Below are positions 40,628 to 48,714 of a stretch of DNA of 64,000 nt, in pieces; the stretch's first letter is position 1; the number at the start of each line of letters is the position of its first letter. The notes under the pieces are model-generated. The model was not told the origin of the DNA and searched no databases. It was given only the letters and a program-made list of their open reading frames with translations. Position numbers and translations under genes: made by a program. Source of the stretch: Candidatus Babelota bacterium (GTDB taxonomy: Bacteria; Babelota; Babeliae; Babelales; Vermiphilaceae). The DNA lies in the NCBI GenBank assembly GCA_049325595.1, contig JBMOLF010000001.1, forward strand, positions 64,001 through 128,000, in the 5' to 3' direction.

Positions 40628-41359
40628 TTATTCTTCATTGGTATACTTCTTTTTTGGTGATCTTTTGAAGAATTTTTTAATTTTCTTATTTAATGCCTTC
40701 TGACTCATTTTCCATTTTTCCAATCGCTCTTTGCGTTTTTGTTTTTTTAGCGCTTCTTTTTGTTGTAATTCAATTTTTTTTAGCTGTTTTTTAGTCTGTC
40801 TTTCAGCACGTATCTTTGCTGCTTCTCGAACAATTGGAATTATTTTTTGTTGCAATGTAGTATCAATTTCTTTTTCTTTTTGCTTTATATCCTCTTCTAT
40901 TTTATTTATTTCTTCAACATCCTTTTCCTTTAATTTTTCTACGGTAGCTTTTGTTCTTTGTGTTATACGAGTTATTGAAGCAGGACTATGTTGAGAATAT
41001 CCCTCAGATTCTTCTAATTCATCTTTTATTTTCTGCTCTAAATCATCAGATGGAAAGTTGGTATTAGATTTAATAGTTTCTAGCGCAACTTTTTTTATAA
41101 CATAATCACTATTGCTCTTACGATGTTCATTTAAAATTTTTTCTTTTTCTCTTTCAAGTCTCCTTAAAGTTGTAGCACTAACTTTTCGAATCAATTTATT
41201 AGGACTTCCTTTAGGACTCAGTGAAGGGCTATTTTTTTTAGAACTTTTAGGAGTTATTGCAATCTCAGAAAGAGAAGATGTAGATGTTATTGCTGAATCA
41301 CGCTCTGAAGCTTGGGTTATTCCAGTACATACAATAATAAAAAAAACATAGCTCAACAT
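40628..41359 (-). CDS. Hypothetical Lys/Glu-rich secreted protein
   Basis: Signal peptide, S/T-P-K repeats, coiled coil, basic tail. Confidence 0.72.
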   Translation of the reverse strand: MLSYVFFIIVCTGITQASERDSAITSTSSLSEIAITPKSSKKNSPSLSPKGSPNKLIRKVSATTLRRLEREKEKILNEHRKSNSDYVIKKVALETIKSNTNFPSDDLEQKIKDELEESEGYSQHSPASITRITQRTKATVEKLKEKDVEEINKIEEDIKQKEKEIDTTLQQKIIPIVREAAKIRAERQTKKQLKKIELQQKEALKKQKRKERLEKWKMSQKALNKKIKKFFKRSPKKKYTNEE

Positions 41360-41400
41360 AACTATCCTTCCTTGTTTTTACCCGATGTTTTTTTATTACC

Positions 41401-41436
41401 ATAAAAAAAAGGTCCCTAGAGAAGGAACCTTTTTAT
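41401..41436. terminator. Putative intrinsic terminator hairpin
   Basis: AAAAAGGTCCCT..AGGAACCTTTTT imperfect inverted repeat flanked by A/T runs. Confidence 0.6.
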
Positions 41437-41465
41437 AACATAAGAAAAAAAACAAATTAACATTA

Positions 41466-41915
41466 CTAGCTTATTGATAGCGCATAAAGTTCAGCAAGCA
41501 GAGCTTCATCTAATGCTATACGTTCTTTAGTAAGACCTTGTTCATCCAATGTATTTTGACAAATATACACACCCAATAAGGTTTTAATCGCAGCAAATAA
41601 TGATAGCCCCAAAGAGTTATAGCGTGAATGTAAAACAAAATAAATATGTTTTAATCCAGCAACAGTTAGATAGCCACCAACTACGAGCTTGGCCACATAA
41701 GCTAATTTTTTATTTAAGCTTTTTTGTGAAAACCGCAAATCATTTTTTACTAGCTTGGTATAGAGAGAAAGATGATTTTTTATGTTTGGGATTTTTTTAA
41801 TTGATTGATGCTCTTTATATTGTGCTACAAGCCAATTATAGGTAAATTCTTTTGGTTCTTGCGCTTGTAAGCTTATACCTATTAATATGGCACAAAAAAA
41901 CGTAAATAATTTCAT
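41466..41915 (-). CDS. Hypothetical protein (signal peptide plus 2 TM)
   Basis: ORF architecture only. Confidence 0.65.
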   Translation of the reverse strand: MKLFTFFCAILIGISLQAQEPKEFTYNWLVAQYKEHQSIKKIPNIKNHLSLYTKLVKNDLRFSQKSLNKKLAYVAKLVVGGYLTVAGLKHIYFVLHSRYNSLGLSLFAAIKTLLGVYICQNTLDEQGLTKERIALDEALLAELYALSIS

Positions 41916-41932
41916 AAGTTTTCTTTCATTAG

Positions 41933-42373
41933 CTATTTTGATGGATCAATAATATTTGTTTCATACACTAATGCTTTGTGAATTAAATACCCGCCAAAAG
42001 TCACAAAGATCATTGATGCAAACTTATGAAGCCCTCTAAGCGGACTAACAAGATCTTGCAATACCGCTCTTACATTATCGGTATGGGCATAAGTATCCCA
42101 TTTGGTAATGCCACTTTTATCTTTTGCAAACAAACTTGAACAATGCAAATTAACTAATTTTTTCAGACCTGCTTCAGTTTTATCGCTCTGATAAGCAAGA
42201 TGATAAGATTTGCAACCCAAAGCCACAAGCACCGCGCCCGTTACTATAAGCAATACTCGATCAGCTGGCTTTATCTGACGACTTTTTTGCTCACGTTGAT
42301 CTTTTTTACAAGATTCTGCTTGAATGGTAACAAATGGTTGGAGAATAAGTAGAGTAAGTAATATTTTTTTCAT
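41933..42373 (-). CDS. Hypothetical protein (signal peptide plus 2 TM)
   Basis: ORF architecture only. Confidence 0.65.
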   Translation of the reverse strand: MKKILLTLLILQPFVTIQAESCKKDQREQKSRQIKPADRVLLIVTGAVLVALGCKSYHLAYQSDKTEAGLKKLVNLHCSSLFAKDKSGITKWDTYAHTDNVRAVLQDLVSPLRGLHKFASMIFVTFGGYLIHKALVYETNIIDPSK

Positions 42374-42393
42374 GGTGGGTTTCTTTAAAAAAG

Positions 42394-42810
42394 TTATTGA
42401 TTTTCAGATAATTTAACACGTGCTTTACACATACCTTTATAAATGCTGATCTGTTTAGAAAACTCATCCATCCCATAGAGACGTATAAACTTTATAGTAA
42501 ATTCAGCGCATGCAACAGGCACCTTCAGCTGGCTAAGTTCTTGCCCAATATTTGTCTCAAAACAGTCTTGTAAAACTTTTTCTATTTTAATTTTTTCTCT
42601 TCTGACATGGGCTTGCTCATTTTTTTCTGCTTCTGCTTCACTTGTCATCTCTTTTATATTTTTTATGGTACTTGTTGTATACGAAGCTGCTTCAGCAATT
42701 TTTAAGGTTACTTCTAACACAAAGAGTAAATCCATAGAGAGAGCAGCATTTGTAAAAAAAATAGAAAATAGTAAAGTTGTTTTTTTTATTTTTATAATGT
42801 TTATAAGCAT
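42394..42810 (-). CDS. Small secreted protein, C-x17-C family
   Basis: Signal peptide; CFETNIGQELSQLKVPVACAEFTIKFIRLYG. Confidence 0.7.
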   Translation of the reverse strand: MLINIIKIKKTTLLFSIFFTNAALSMDLLFVLEVTLKIAEAASYTTSTIKNIKEMTSEAEAEKNEQAHVRREKIKIEKVLQDCFETNIGQELSQLKVPVACAEFTIKFIRLYGMDEFSKQISIYKGMCKARVKLSENQ

Positions 42811-42893
42811 AAGAAATTATATCGGCATTTATATATAACAAAATAAGATTGAACAATTCTCAATTTATGAATGTCAGCTTAAATTAAAAATAT

Positions 42894-43232
42894 CTATGTA
42901 AAATTCTCATATTCTTTCCATTTTTCTTCTGGAATTAGCTTATTGTAAGATTGAACAACATTTAAAATTAATTCATCGACATCCTCAAGAATTTCAGCAA
43001 GTGTCATTAACAGGAATCTCATATAGATTAAAATTAAAATCGCTTCAAAGCCATGTGTGCCTGGCAATGAATTTAACCTTTTACTAAGCAAATCCAGATA
43101 ATCTTTTATAACTTCAAATTCTTGGAGACTTTTTTTTGTATTTTCTATCATCTCTATTTGAATTGATTTTATTGGATTTAATTTATAAAGGTGCTCAATT
43201 TTTTGTAAAATTATTTTAGTTTCTTCAATCAT
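42894..43232 (-). CDS. Hypothetical protein, possible immunity protein
   Basis: 112-aa helical ORF overlapping the upstream gene by 4 nt (ATGA). Confidence 0.55.
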   Translation of the reverse strand: MIEETKIILQKIEHLYKLNPIKSIQIEMIENTKKSLQEFEVIKDYLDLLSKRLNSLPGTHGFEAILILIYMRFLLMTLAEILEDVDELILNVVQSYNKLIPEEKWKEYENFT

Positions 43233-43807
43233 GACAATTTGCTCAAAGCTGCTTTAGTGTTTTTTATATCACATCCGCCGTCTACTTTTAGAATGATTTT
43301 TATTTCATTGTGTTTATTAAATACTTCAATTTTTCTTTCATCAATTTTTACATAATCATTTTTTCTCAAGTAAATGTTTACTGATTGTTTTAATTGTAAC
43401 TTTTTAGGATATTTACTTTTTATTAACAAATTATTTGATACAAGCTGATTAATAAATTGAGATGAAATAACATCACAAAATAGTAATTCTTTTATATCAT
43501 CTTTATGTTCAAAATTAACTTTTGGGAACTTAAGAACTATAGTATCAATGTAATTTGCGATATTACTTAATGTTGCTGCCATTGAACCATTAAGCGAATA
43601 AAATCTTACAAGTTCTAATATAATTGCCGGTAAATCATTTTTTATTAAGAATCGATCAATTTTTTCATGACTTTCTTTAATCGCATCTTCTAAAATGGAA
43701 ATTTCATTAGAATCAATTTCTTCAGTTATAGTTTTAGGAGAAATATTTAACTTAAATGTCTTGTTAAGTTGCTCGACTGCTCGAGATAAATTATTAATGA
43801 CGCACAT
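43229..43807 (-). CDS. Putative immunity protein of the orphan toxin tip
   Basis: Starts 4 nt after the toxin-like ORF; no signal peptide. Confidence 0.5.
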   Translation of the reverse strand: MCVINNLSRAVEQLNKTFKLNISPKTITEEIDSNEISILEDAIKESHEKIDRFLIKNDLPAIILELVRFYSLNGSMAATLSNIANYIDTIVLKFPKVNFEHKDDIKELLFCDVISSQFINQLVSNNLLIKSKYPKKLQLKQSVNIYLRKNDYVKIDERKIEVFNKHNEIKIILKVDGGCDIKNTKAALSKLS

Positions 43808-43811
43808 TAAA

Positions 43812-44087
43812 TCATACCTTTATTGTTCGGCCCATCGCATTTTTTGCTTTTATGTAATTAACTGTCCCATCCAGGTTTAAAACTGTTCTTGCAAAACCTC
43901 GCTTATCATAAACCTCAATGTGATCAAAATGAGTTTTATCGATATAATAATGAAAACCTTTTTTTAGATCAGGATGTCCGAAATCTTTTTTTATTTTATA
44001 TACGATTGATTCCTTAACAATAAGATGAGTTTTTTGGGAAAAGTCTTTTAACTTATTGCCGAAATCAGTTTTAAAAAGTTCCTTCAT
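43812..44087 (-). CDS. Orphan polymorphic-toxin C-terminal domain, colicin E3/CdiA-CT-like RNase
   Basis: YYIDKTHFDHIEVYDKRG...VLNLDG resembles the D-x2-H-x2/3-E-x-Y catalytic pattern of colicin-E3-type RNases; no N-terminal delivery region. Confidence 0.6.
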   Translation of the reverse strand: MKELFKTDFGNKLKDFSQKTHLIVKESIVYKIKKDFGHPDLKKGFHYYIDKTHFDHIEVYDKRGFARTVLNLDGTVNYIKAKNAMGRTIKV

Positions 44088-44235
44088 ATTTAGAACTTTG
44101 CTGTAACAAGTATTGCGTTATTTCCAGCATTCACTTATATAGTGCTTCCTGAATAATTATCGAATGGGATAACCAAATACTTTGATTTATGACTTTTTTA
44201 ATTTCGAATTTAATTTTAATTTAAAATAGACTCTT

Positions 44236-44273
44236 TATAACACATACCCTTATCTTAAGGCGTATGTGTTATA
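44236..44273. repeat. Inverted repeat: 17-bp stem with one bulged C
   Basis: TATAACACATAC-CCTTA-tct-TAAGG-c-GTATGTGTTATA. Confidence 0.8.
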
Positions 44274-44300
44274 TGGGTATACTTTGTTGTTCTTTTAGTT

Positions 44301-44633
44301 TTATTCTTGGTTTGATAGATCAGCTTTCTGCATTTCTTGATATGAGCGCATTTTTTTTAAAAGCTCAGTAGTTCCGTGTAATAAAATAAAATCTTTAACA
44401 AATTCTGCACATTTTATAGGCAAATCTAACTGACTTAGCTCACTGCCCAAATTAATCTTTAAACATTCATTAAGACTTTTTTCGATTTTTCTTTTTTCAA
44501 TGTTTAGTTGTGCTTGTTGGTATGCATCTTCTTGAATAACACTATTTGTAGCATAAGATATTTTTGAATAGAACAATGCGTTGGTTGAATTTAGTAAAAT
44601 AAATAAGAAATCGATAATGTTAATTTTTTTCAT
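44301..44633 (-). CDS. Small secreted protein, C-x17-C family
   Basis: Signal peptide; CLKINLGSELSQLDLPIKCAEFVKDFILLHG; close paralog of 42394-42810. Confidence 0.72.
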   Translation of the reverse strand: MKKINIIDFLFILLNSTNALFYSKISYATNSVIQEDAYQQAQLNIEKRKIEKSLNECLKINLGSELSQLDLPIKCAEFVKDFILLHGTTELLKKMRSYQEMQKADLSNQE

Positions 44634-44680
44634 AATGAAATCCCTTTATATGGAGTTAAAATCTTTTTTGATCTACAAGA

Positions 44681-45436
44681 TTAGCTATATTTTTTCTGAA
44701 CACGTTCAGTTAAAGAACCTTTTTCACGAGCTTCTCGTTTTAGTTCAATTAATTCACATTCGTAATCTGAAAGGAATTCAGATTCTTTTAAAGGTTCAAT
44801 TGAAGAAGTATTAACTTTATCTGCAATCTTCGCTACATGAATTATCTTATCCGTTGTAGGAAGATTTTTAAAATCATTGATATATTGTGTAGTAGCATCA
44901 CGTGCAATATCAGCTGCTGACTTAGCGACTGTTATAATTGCAGGGGCTGCACCAGGAATCATTACTATGGCAACTCCTGTAGCGGCAACAGCGAACACAC
45001 AACCTGATATTATTAGTGCCTTTTGAGATGATGACAGTTCACCACTAGCTGTCTCTTTTTCTTTTATTGTTTTAATTACATCTTTATATTCTTGAATAAG
45101 TTCATTTGCTTTTTGCGCACCTCCAGCAAGTTTAAATGCATTCAAACATTCTGAACATTTACCTGGAATATCGTCAATTGAGTCCCTTTTAGCATGAGTT
45201 ACTAAACAATCAATAAAATTTTTTTCTAATTTGAGTAAGCGCGCTTGTTTTTTTAATTCTGCAATGTCATCTTTATTATTAACCTGGATGACTTTGCCTC
45301 CAATTGCAAAAACATTACAAGTTGTGGCAGCTAATTTTCCTATTGCCTCTACTAATTTGAGTTTGTCCCAAAGTGAATCATTGGGACTTGTAGTTTGATG
45401 AATAATTATAAAAATAGCTAAGAACGTCTTTTTCAT
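44681..45436 (-). CDS. Secreted C-x16-C family protein with TM segment
   Basis: CLVTHAKRDSIDDIPGKCSECLNAFKLAGG; hydrophobic ALIISGCVFAVAATGVAIVMIPG. Confidence 0.72.
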   Translation of the reverse strand: MKKTFLAIFIIIHQTTSPNDSLWDKLKLVEAIGKLAATTCNVFAIGGKVIQVNNKDDIAELKKQARLLKLEKNFIDCLVTHAKRDSIDDIPGKCSECLNAFKLAGGAQKANELIQEYKDVIKTIKEKETASGELSSSQKALIISGCVFAVAATGVAIVMIPGAAPAIITVAKSAADIARDATTQYINDFKNLPTTDKIIHVAKIADKVNTSSIEPLKESEFLSDYECELIELKREAREKGSLTERVQKKYS

Positions 45437-45972
45437 TTTGGTCTAACTAGATAAAAATCTGCACTTTTTTTCATACATTCTTTATTGCCAAGATAAAATG
45501 TAAATTGATCAATTAAATCTTTACAGGCTATGGGCATTTGAGTTGTTTCATCAAGCTCATCTGACTTATGCTGCAATAAACATTTATCCAGTAATACCTC
45601 AATTTCATATCCTCTAAGTCGTTTTTTTGCAAGCTCATTTCTTTCTTTTTGTTCTGGAGAGGGTCTTAACCAATTAATAAAACTTCCAATTGTAGCTCCA
45701 ACCACTGAAAAATTTCTACCAATATTTGAGATACTTTCAACTGTTCCTACAACACCTTTTTGAACTGCATTAGCTATTTTTTCATTGCTATCAGCCGTTC
45801 GTTCTTGTGGCGTTTTTTCTGAGTTAGTATCGTGTGCTTGATTTTTTTGATTTTCAACAATGTTTACATCATTCAAGTTAACTGTCTCAGAGGCTATTGA
45901 AATTTCATATGAAAGGCCGCTCAAAATAGCTATTAAAACCAGAAAAGTAATATTATTTTTCATCAAGAACAT
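45433..45972 (-). CDS. Secreted C-x18-C family protein
   Basis: Signal peptide; CLLQHKSDELDETTQMPIACKDLIDQFTFYLG. Confidence 0.72.
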   Translation of the reverse strand: MFLMKNNITFLVLIAILSGLSYEISIASETVNLNDVNIVENQKNQAHDTNSEKTPQERTADSNEKIANAVQKGVVGTVESISNIGRNFSVVGATIGSFINWLRPSPEQKERNELAKKRLRGYEIEVLLDKCLLQHKSDELDETTQMPIACKDLIDQFTFYLGNKECMKKSADFYLVRPK

Positions 45973-45980
45973 CCTTTATT

Positions 45981-46481
45981 TTATTGTTTATTAAATGATT
46001 TGATCTCATTAACACAACTATCCCACTTAGCTAAAAATATACTTAGCAAATTTAGTTCATATCCTGTTCTAATAAATTGATAAATTAATAACTGCTTATC
46101 AAAGTCATCTAAATATTTAACTTCAACAAATTCGGTTATTAGCCTACACGTAAAAATGCTTTGTTTTTCATTCACAAAATTATTCCATACTTTTTGAAGA
46201 CAATCTTCAAAATCTTCCGCATATTGATCTGCTAATTTACTATTTGTCTCTTTACCAATAGCTACTAAAATTCTTTTTATTAATTTATCCCGTAGAAATT
46301 CATATTCTTTTCTAGCATCAGAAACAACTTTCTTTTGCTCAGTTATTTTTTTTCCTAAAGCTGATAATTCTTGGTATTTCTGTATTAACTGATCTGATGC
46401 GTTATCATTGCCGGAAAGAATAGAAGAAAAAATTAAAGAATAGACGATAAACCATTTCTTCATAAGAAGTGATTCCCCCAA
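45981..46481 (-). CDS. Secreted helical protein
   Basis: MKKWFIVYSLIFSSILSG signal peptide; coiled coil; a C-x17-C spacing is present. Confidence 0.68.
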   Translation of the reverse strand: MGESLLMKKWFIVYSLIFSSILSGNDNASDQLIQKYQELSALGKKITEQKKVVSDARKEYEFLRDKLIKRILVAIGKETNSKLADQYAEDFEDCLQKVWNNFVNEKQSIFTCRLITEFVEVKYLDDFDKQLLIYQFIRTGYELNLLSIFLAKWDSCVNEIKSFNKQ

Positions 46482-46515
46482 GGTGTATGGCTAAATAAAT
46501 TACTGCTGATGCGGA

Positions 46516-46544
46516 ATTATAAAAAAAATTTAATTAAATGTCTA
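46516..46544 (-). promoter_or_regulatory. Putative sigma70 promoter for the small secreted-protein cluster
   Basis: TAGACA-17 nt-TATAAT on the minus strand. Confidence 0.65.
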
Positions 46545-46607
46545 ACAAATAGATAAAATTTTCTCTTGTGAAATTTTTGAGCTAGGTAAGTGAATTTAAT
46601 GTTTCAT

Positions 46608-47069
46608 TTATACAAAAACTGGCTTTAACCAGAGGGCTTGTAATTCGTTTTTTTCAATTACCGCAACAACATTAGTGATAAATTCAACCGCTTGATTATT
46701 CTTAGTTGGATCGCCTACGCAAACCCAGCCTGACTGCTGATTATAATAAACTGGCCAATGAATGTTGTTTAATCTATAAGAAAACCCTGGTTCATAACTT
46801 TTTAAAACCTTTAATTGTCCCACCTCATAATTTGGCACAGGCAAATCTGTTAAAATCCATTCGTGATTAGGGCAAAATCCATCAACTTGTACCACTAAAT
46901 TATTTACCACCGTTAAATTTAAATAGTTTATAACTAAAACAAAATCAATTCTTGCAGTAAATGGTCTAATATTAAAAGAAAATTCATCAAATAAGTAAAA
47001 TAATTTTCTTTGCTTTGCCTGTACAAATTCATCTTTAATTATGAATTCCATAAAATCTTTATTGATCAC
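46608..47069 (-). CDS. Hypothetical protein, possible immunity protein
   Basis: Beta-rich cytoplasmic ORF ending GWVCVGD...AVEF....VAV......ALWLKP; coupled to the upstream immunity array. Confidence 0.6.
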   Translation of the reverse strand: MINKDFMEFIIKDEFVQAKQRKLFYLFDEFSFNIRPFTARIDFVLVINYLNLTVVNNLVVQVDGFCPNHEWILTDLPVPNYEVGQLKVLKSYEPGFSYRLNNIHWPVYYNQQSGWVCVGDPTKNNQAVEFITNVVAVIEKNELQALWLKPVFV

Positions 47070-47869
47070 CTAGGATCCAGTGAAAGCTCAACAAAATCTA
47101 GTCCTTGGCATATTGAGGCTAATAAATCTAGATAGCGCCAATAATCAAAAACTACATCAGGACCACTAAATATACGCTCTTGCTTCCAAGGAAAAAAAGC
47201 ATTTGATATCTGCATGATTAATTCTTTATTCTCTGTATTAACGCAAATACCCATAAAAAAATAGGTGCCCTCACATTTGACATACAAATTATTACTCATC
47301 CGCTTTTCAATTTTTTCTATGATTTCTTGAACTGATAACAAGTAAGAATCACCGTACCATTCGTCATTTTGATATTCAAAAAAATAACATTCTTGAACTT
47401 GAGCGTTAGAAACAATACTGTGTACAGTTTTTGTTAAATCTGCGTAATTAAACTTAAGAGAAATAGAATGAGTATTATCAGAATCAGAATTAAAAAAACT
47501 TTTAGAACTAATGCGTTTAACAGGCCCTATATAAAACTGCTCAATTTCAAAGTTAATAGCTAATAGTAGCGCGTAAGAAAACATTAAATCTGTATTACAA
47601 ATAAAATTACTTGGAATAAAACTCAATACAAGATGTTGCTTAATCAACTGCATTGATAAATTAAAAAAAATATTGTTATGCGAAAGAATCAAAGTGGTAC
47701 TTAAATCAGTTTTTATGATTTGTATAAGTTCATTTTTCCCCAAAAATATTATTTCTTTGTTTTCGTTATAAAATAAAAATTGATTCAGTAATAAATTTGC
47801 ATGCAACCCATTTATAGATTCGCCAAAATCATCACGTACTTTTAATTTCATAAAAGCTGCATTAGTCAT
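47066..47869 (-). CDS. Putative immunity protein (two tandem repeat units)
   Basis: C-terminal DYWRYLDLLASICQGL matches the motif in the two neighbouring ORFs; N-terminal half is a degenerate copy. Confidence 0.6.
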   Translation of the reverse strand: MTNAAFMKLKVRDDFGESINGLHANLLLNQFLFYNENKEIIFLGKNELIQIIKTDLSTTLILSHNNIFFNLSMQLIKQHLVLSFIPSNFICNTDLMFSYALLLAINFEIEQFYIGPVKRISSKSFFNSDSDNTHSISLKFNYADLTKTVHSIVSNAQVQECYFFEYQNDEWYGDSYLLSVQEIIEKIEKRMSNNLYVKCEGTYFFMGICVNTENKELIMQISNAFFPWKQERIFSGPDVVFDYWRYLDLLASICQGLDFVELSLDPR

Positions 47870-47877
47870 AACAATCC

Positions 47878-48264
47878 TTATTCATATGTTGGTAATGAAT
47901 AATAGGGTTCTGTAAAAAATTCTTTTAAGAAAAAATTTTCGCATATAGCAAGTACACATTTTATGTATAAAGATAAATCATTTTGCTGTTCTTTAAACTT
48001 TGGAATAGCACTAATAATTGTTTTAGATGTTTGATATTCAATACTAATGTCTAGAAAAACTGTTTTATATTTAATTGCTAATTTTATTAATCTGTTACTA
48101 AAAAAAAGATCGCAAAATTCAGTTGCTGAAATCTGAACAGCATGGTTAAAGCTAGGATCATAAAAAGTTATTTTATTCATTAACATATTACCATACAAAG
48201 CTAGAGCAGCACTTTTTAAGTCATTAGCATCAACATAAGAATATATTTTATATTCGTTATTCAT
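47878..48264 (-). CDS. Putative immunity protein
   Basis: DLSLYIKCVLAICENF motif; paralog of 48261-48713. Confidence 0.6.
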   Translation of the reverse strand: MNNEYKIYSYVDANDLKSAALALYGNMLMNKITFYDPSFNHAVQISATEFCDLFFSNRLIKLAIKYKTVFLDISIEYQTSKTIISAIPKFKEQQNDLSLYIKCVLAICENFFLKEFFTEPYYSLPTYE

Positions 48265-48713
48265 GATATGCTCTCTTTCATAATTCCAATTACAGCAAAA
48301 TCATTACATAACTTAAGCATAATATTGATATAACGAGCAAAATCTAAACCATATGTGGGCAATCTTAAAAGAGGAATTAGACCGCTGTGAACAAACTCTA
48401 CTTCCCAATTAATAAAATCGCTAAAAGTTATCTCGCACAAACCAGCATCAGTTTTGTTGATCCAGAATTTAAAAGCTGTATCTTTATAGCGAGTAAAAAT
48501 TCCATAATATTCTATGTTACTATTTTCATCAAAGTTAATTATTCTTTCTGCAATCTCATCGGGACCAATTAATTTTGCAGCCTCATAACCTTCATTCCAA
48601 ATATAATTATAATAAATAAAGCCAATTTTTAATCCCGACTCTGAAATTTTCTTAATGTATTCCTGGTTATAAGAAAGATTAATCGTTGCACTAACTACAT
48701 GCAATAAACTCAT
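48261..48713 (-). CDS. Putative cognate immunity protein
   Basis: Starts 1 nt after the toxin stop; DFARYINIMLKLCNDF motif. Confidence 0.65.
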   Translation of the reverse strand: MSLLHVVSATINLSYNQEYIKKISESGLKIGFIYYNYIWNEGYEAAKLIGPDEIAERIINFDENSNIEYYGIFTRYKDTAFKFWINKTDAGLCEITFSDFINWEVEFVHSGLIPLLRLPTYGLDFARYINIMLKLCNDFAVIGIMKESIS

Positions 48714-48714
48714 T

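Noticed and set aside
44236..44273. Hairpin considered as an integron attC site
   Set aside because: Only 38 bp (shorter than known attC sites), poor RYYYAAC/GTTRRRY match, single copy, and no integrase in the window.
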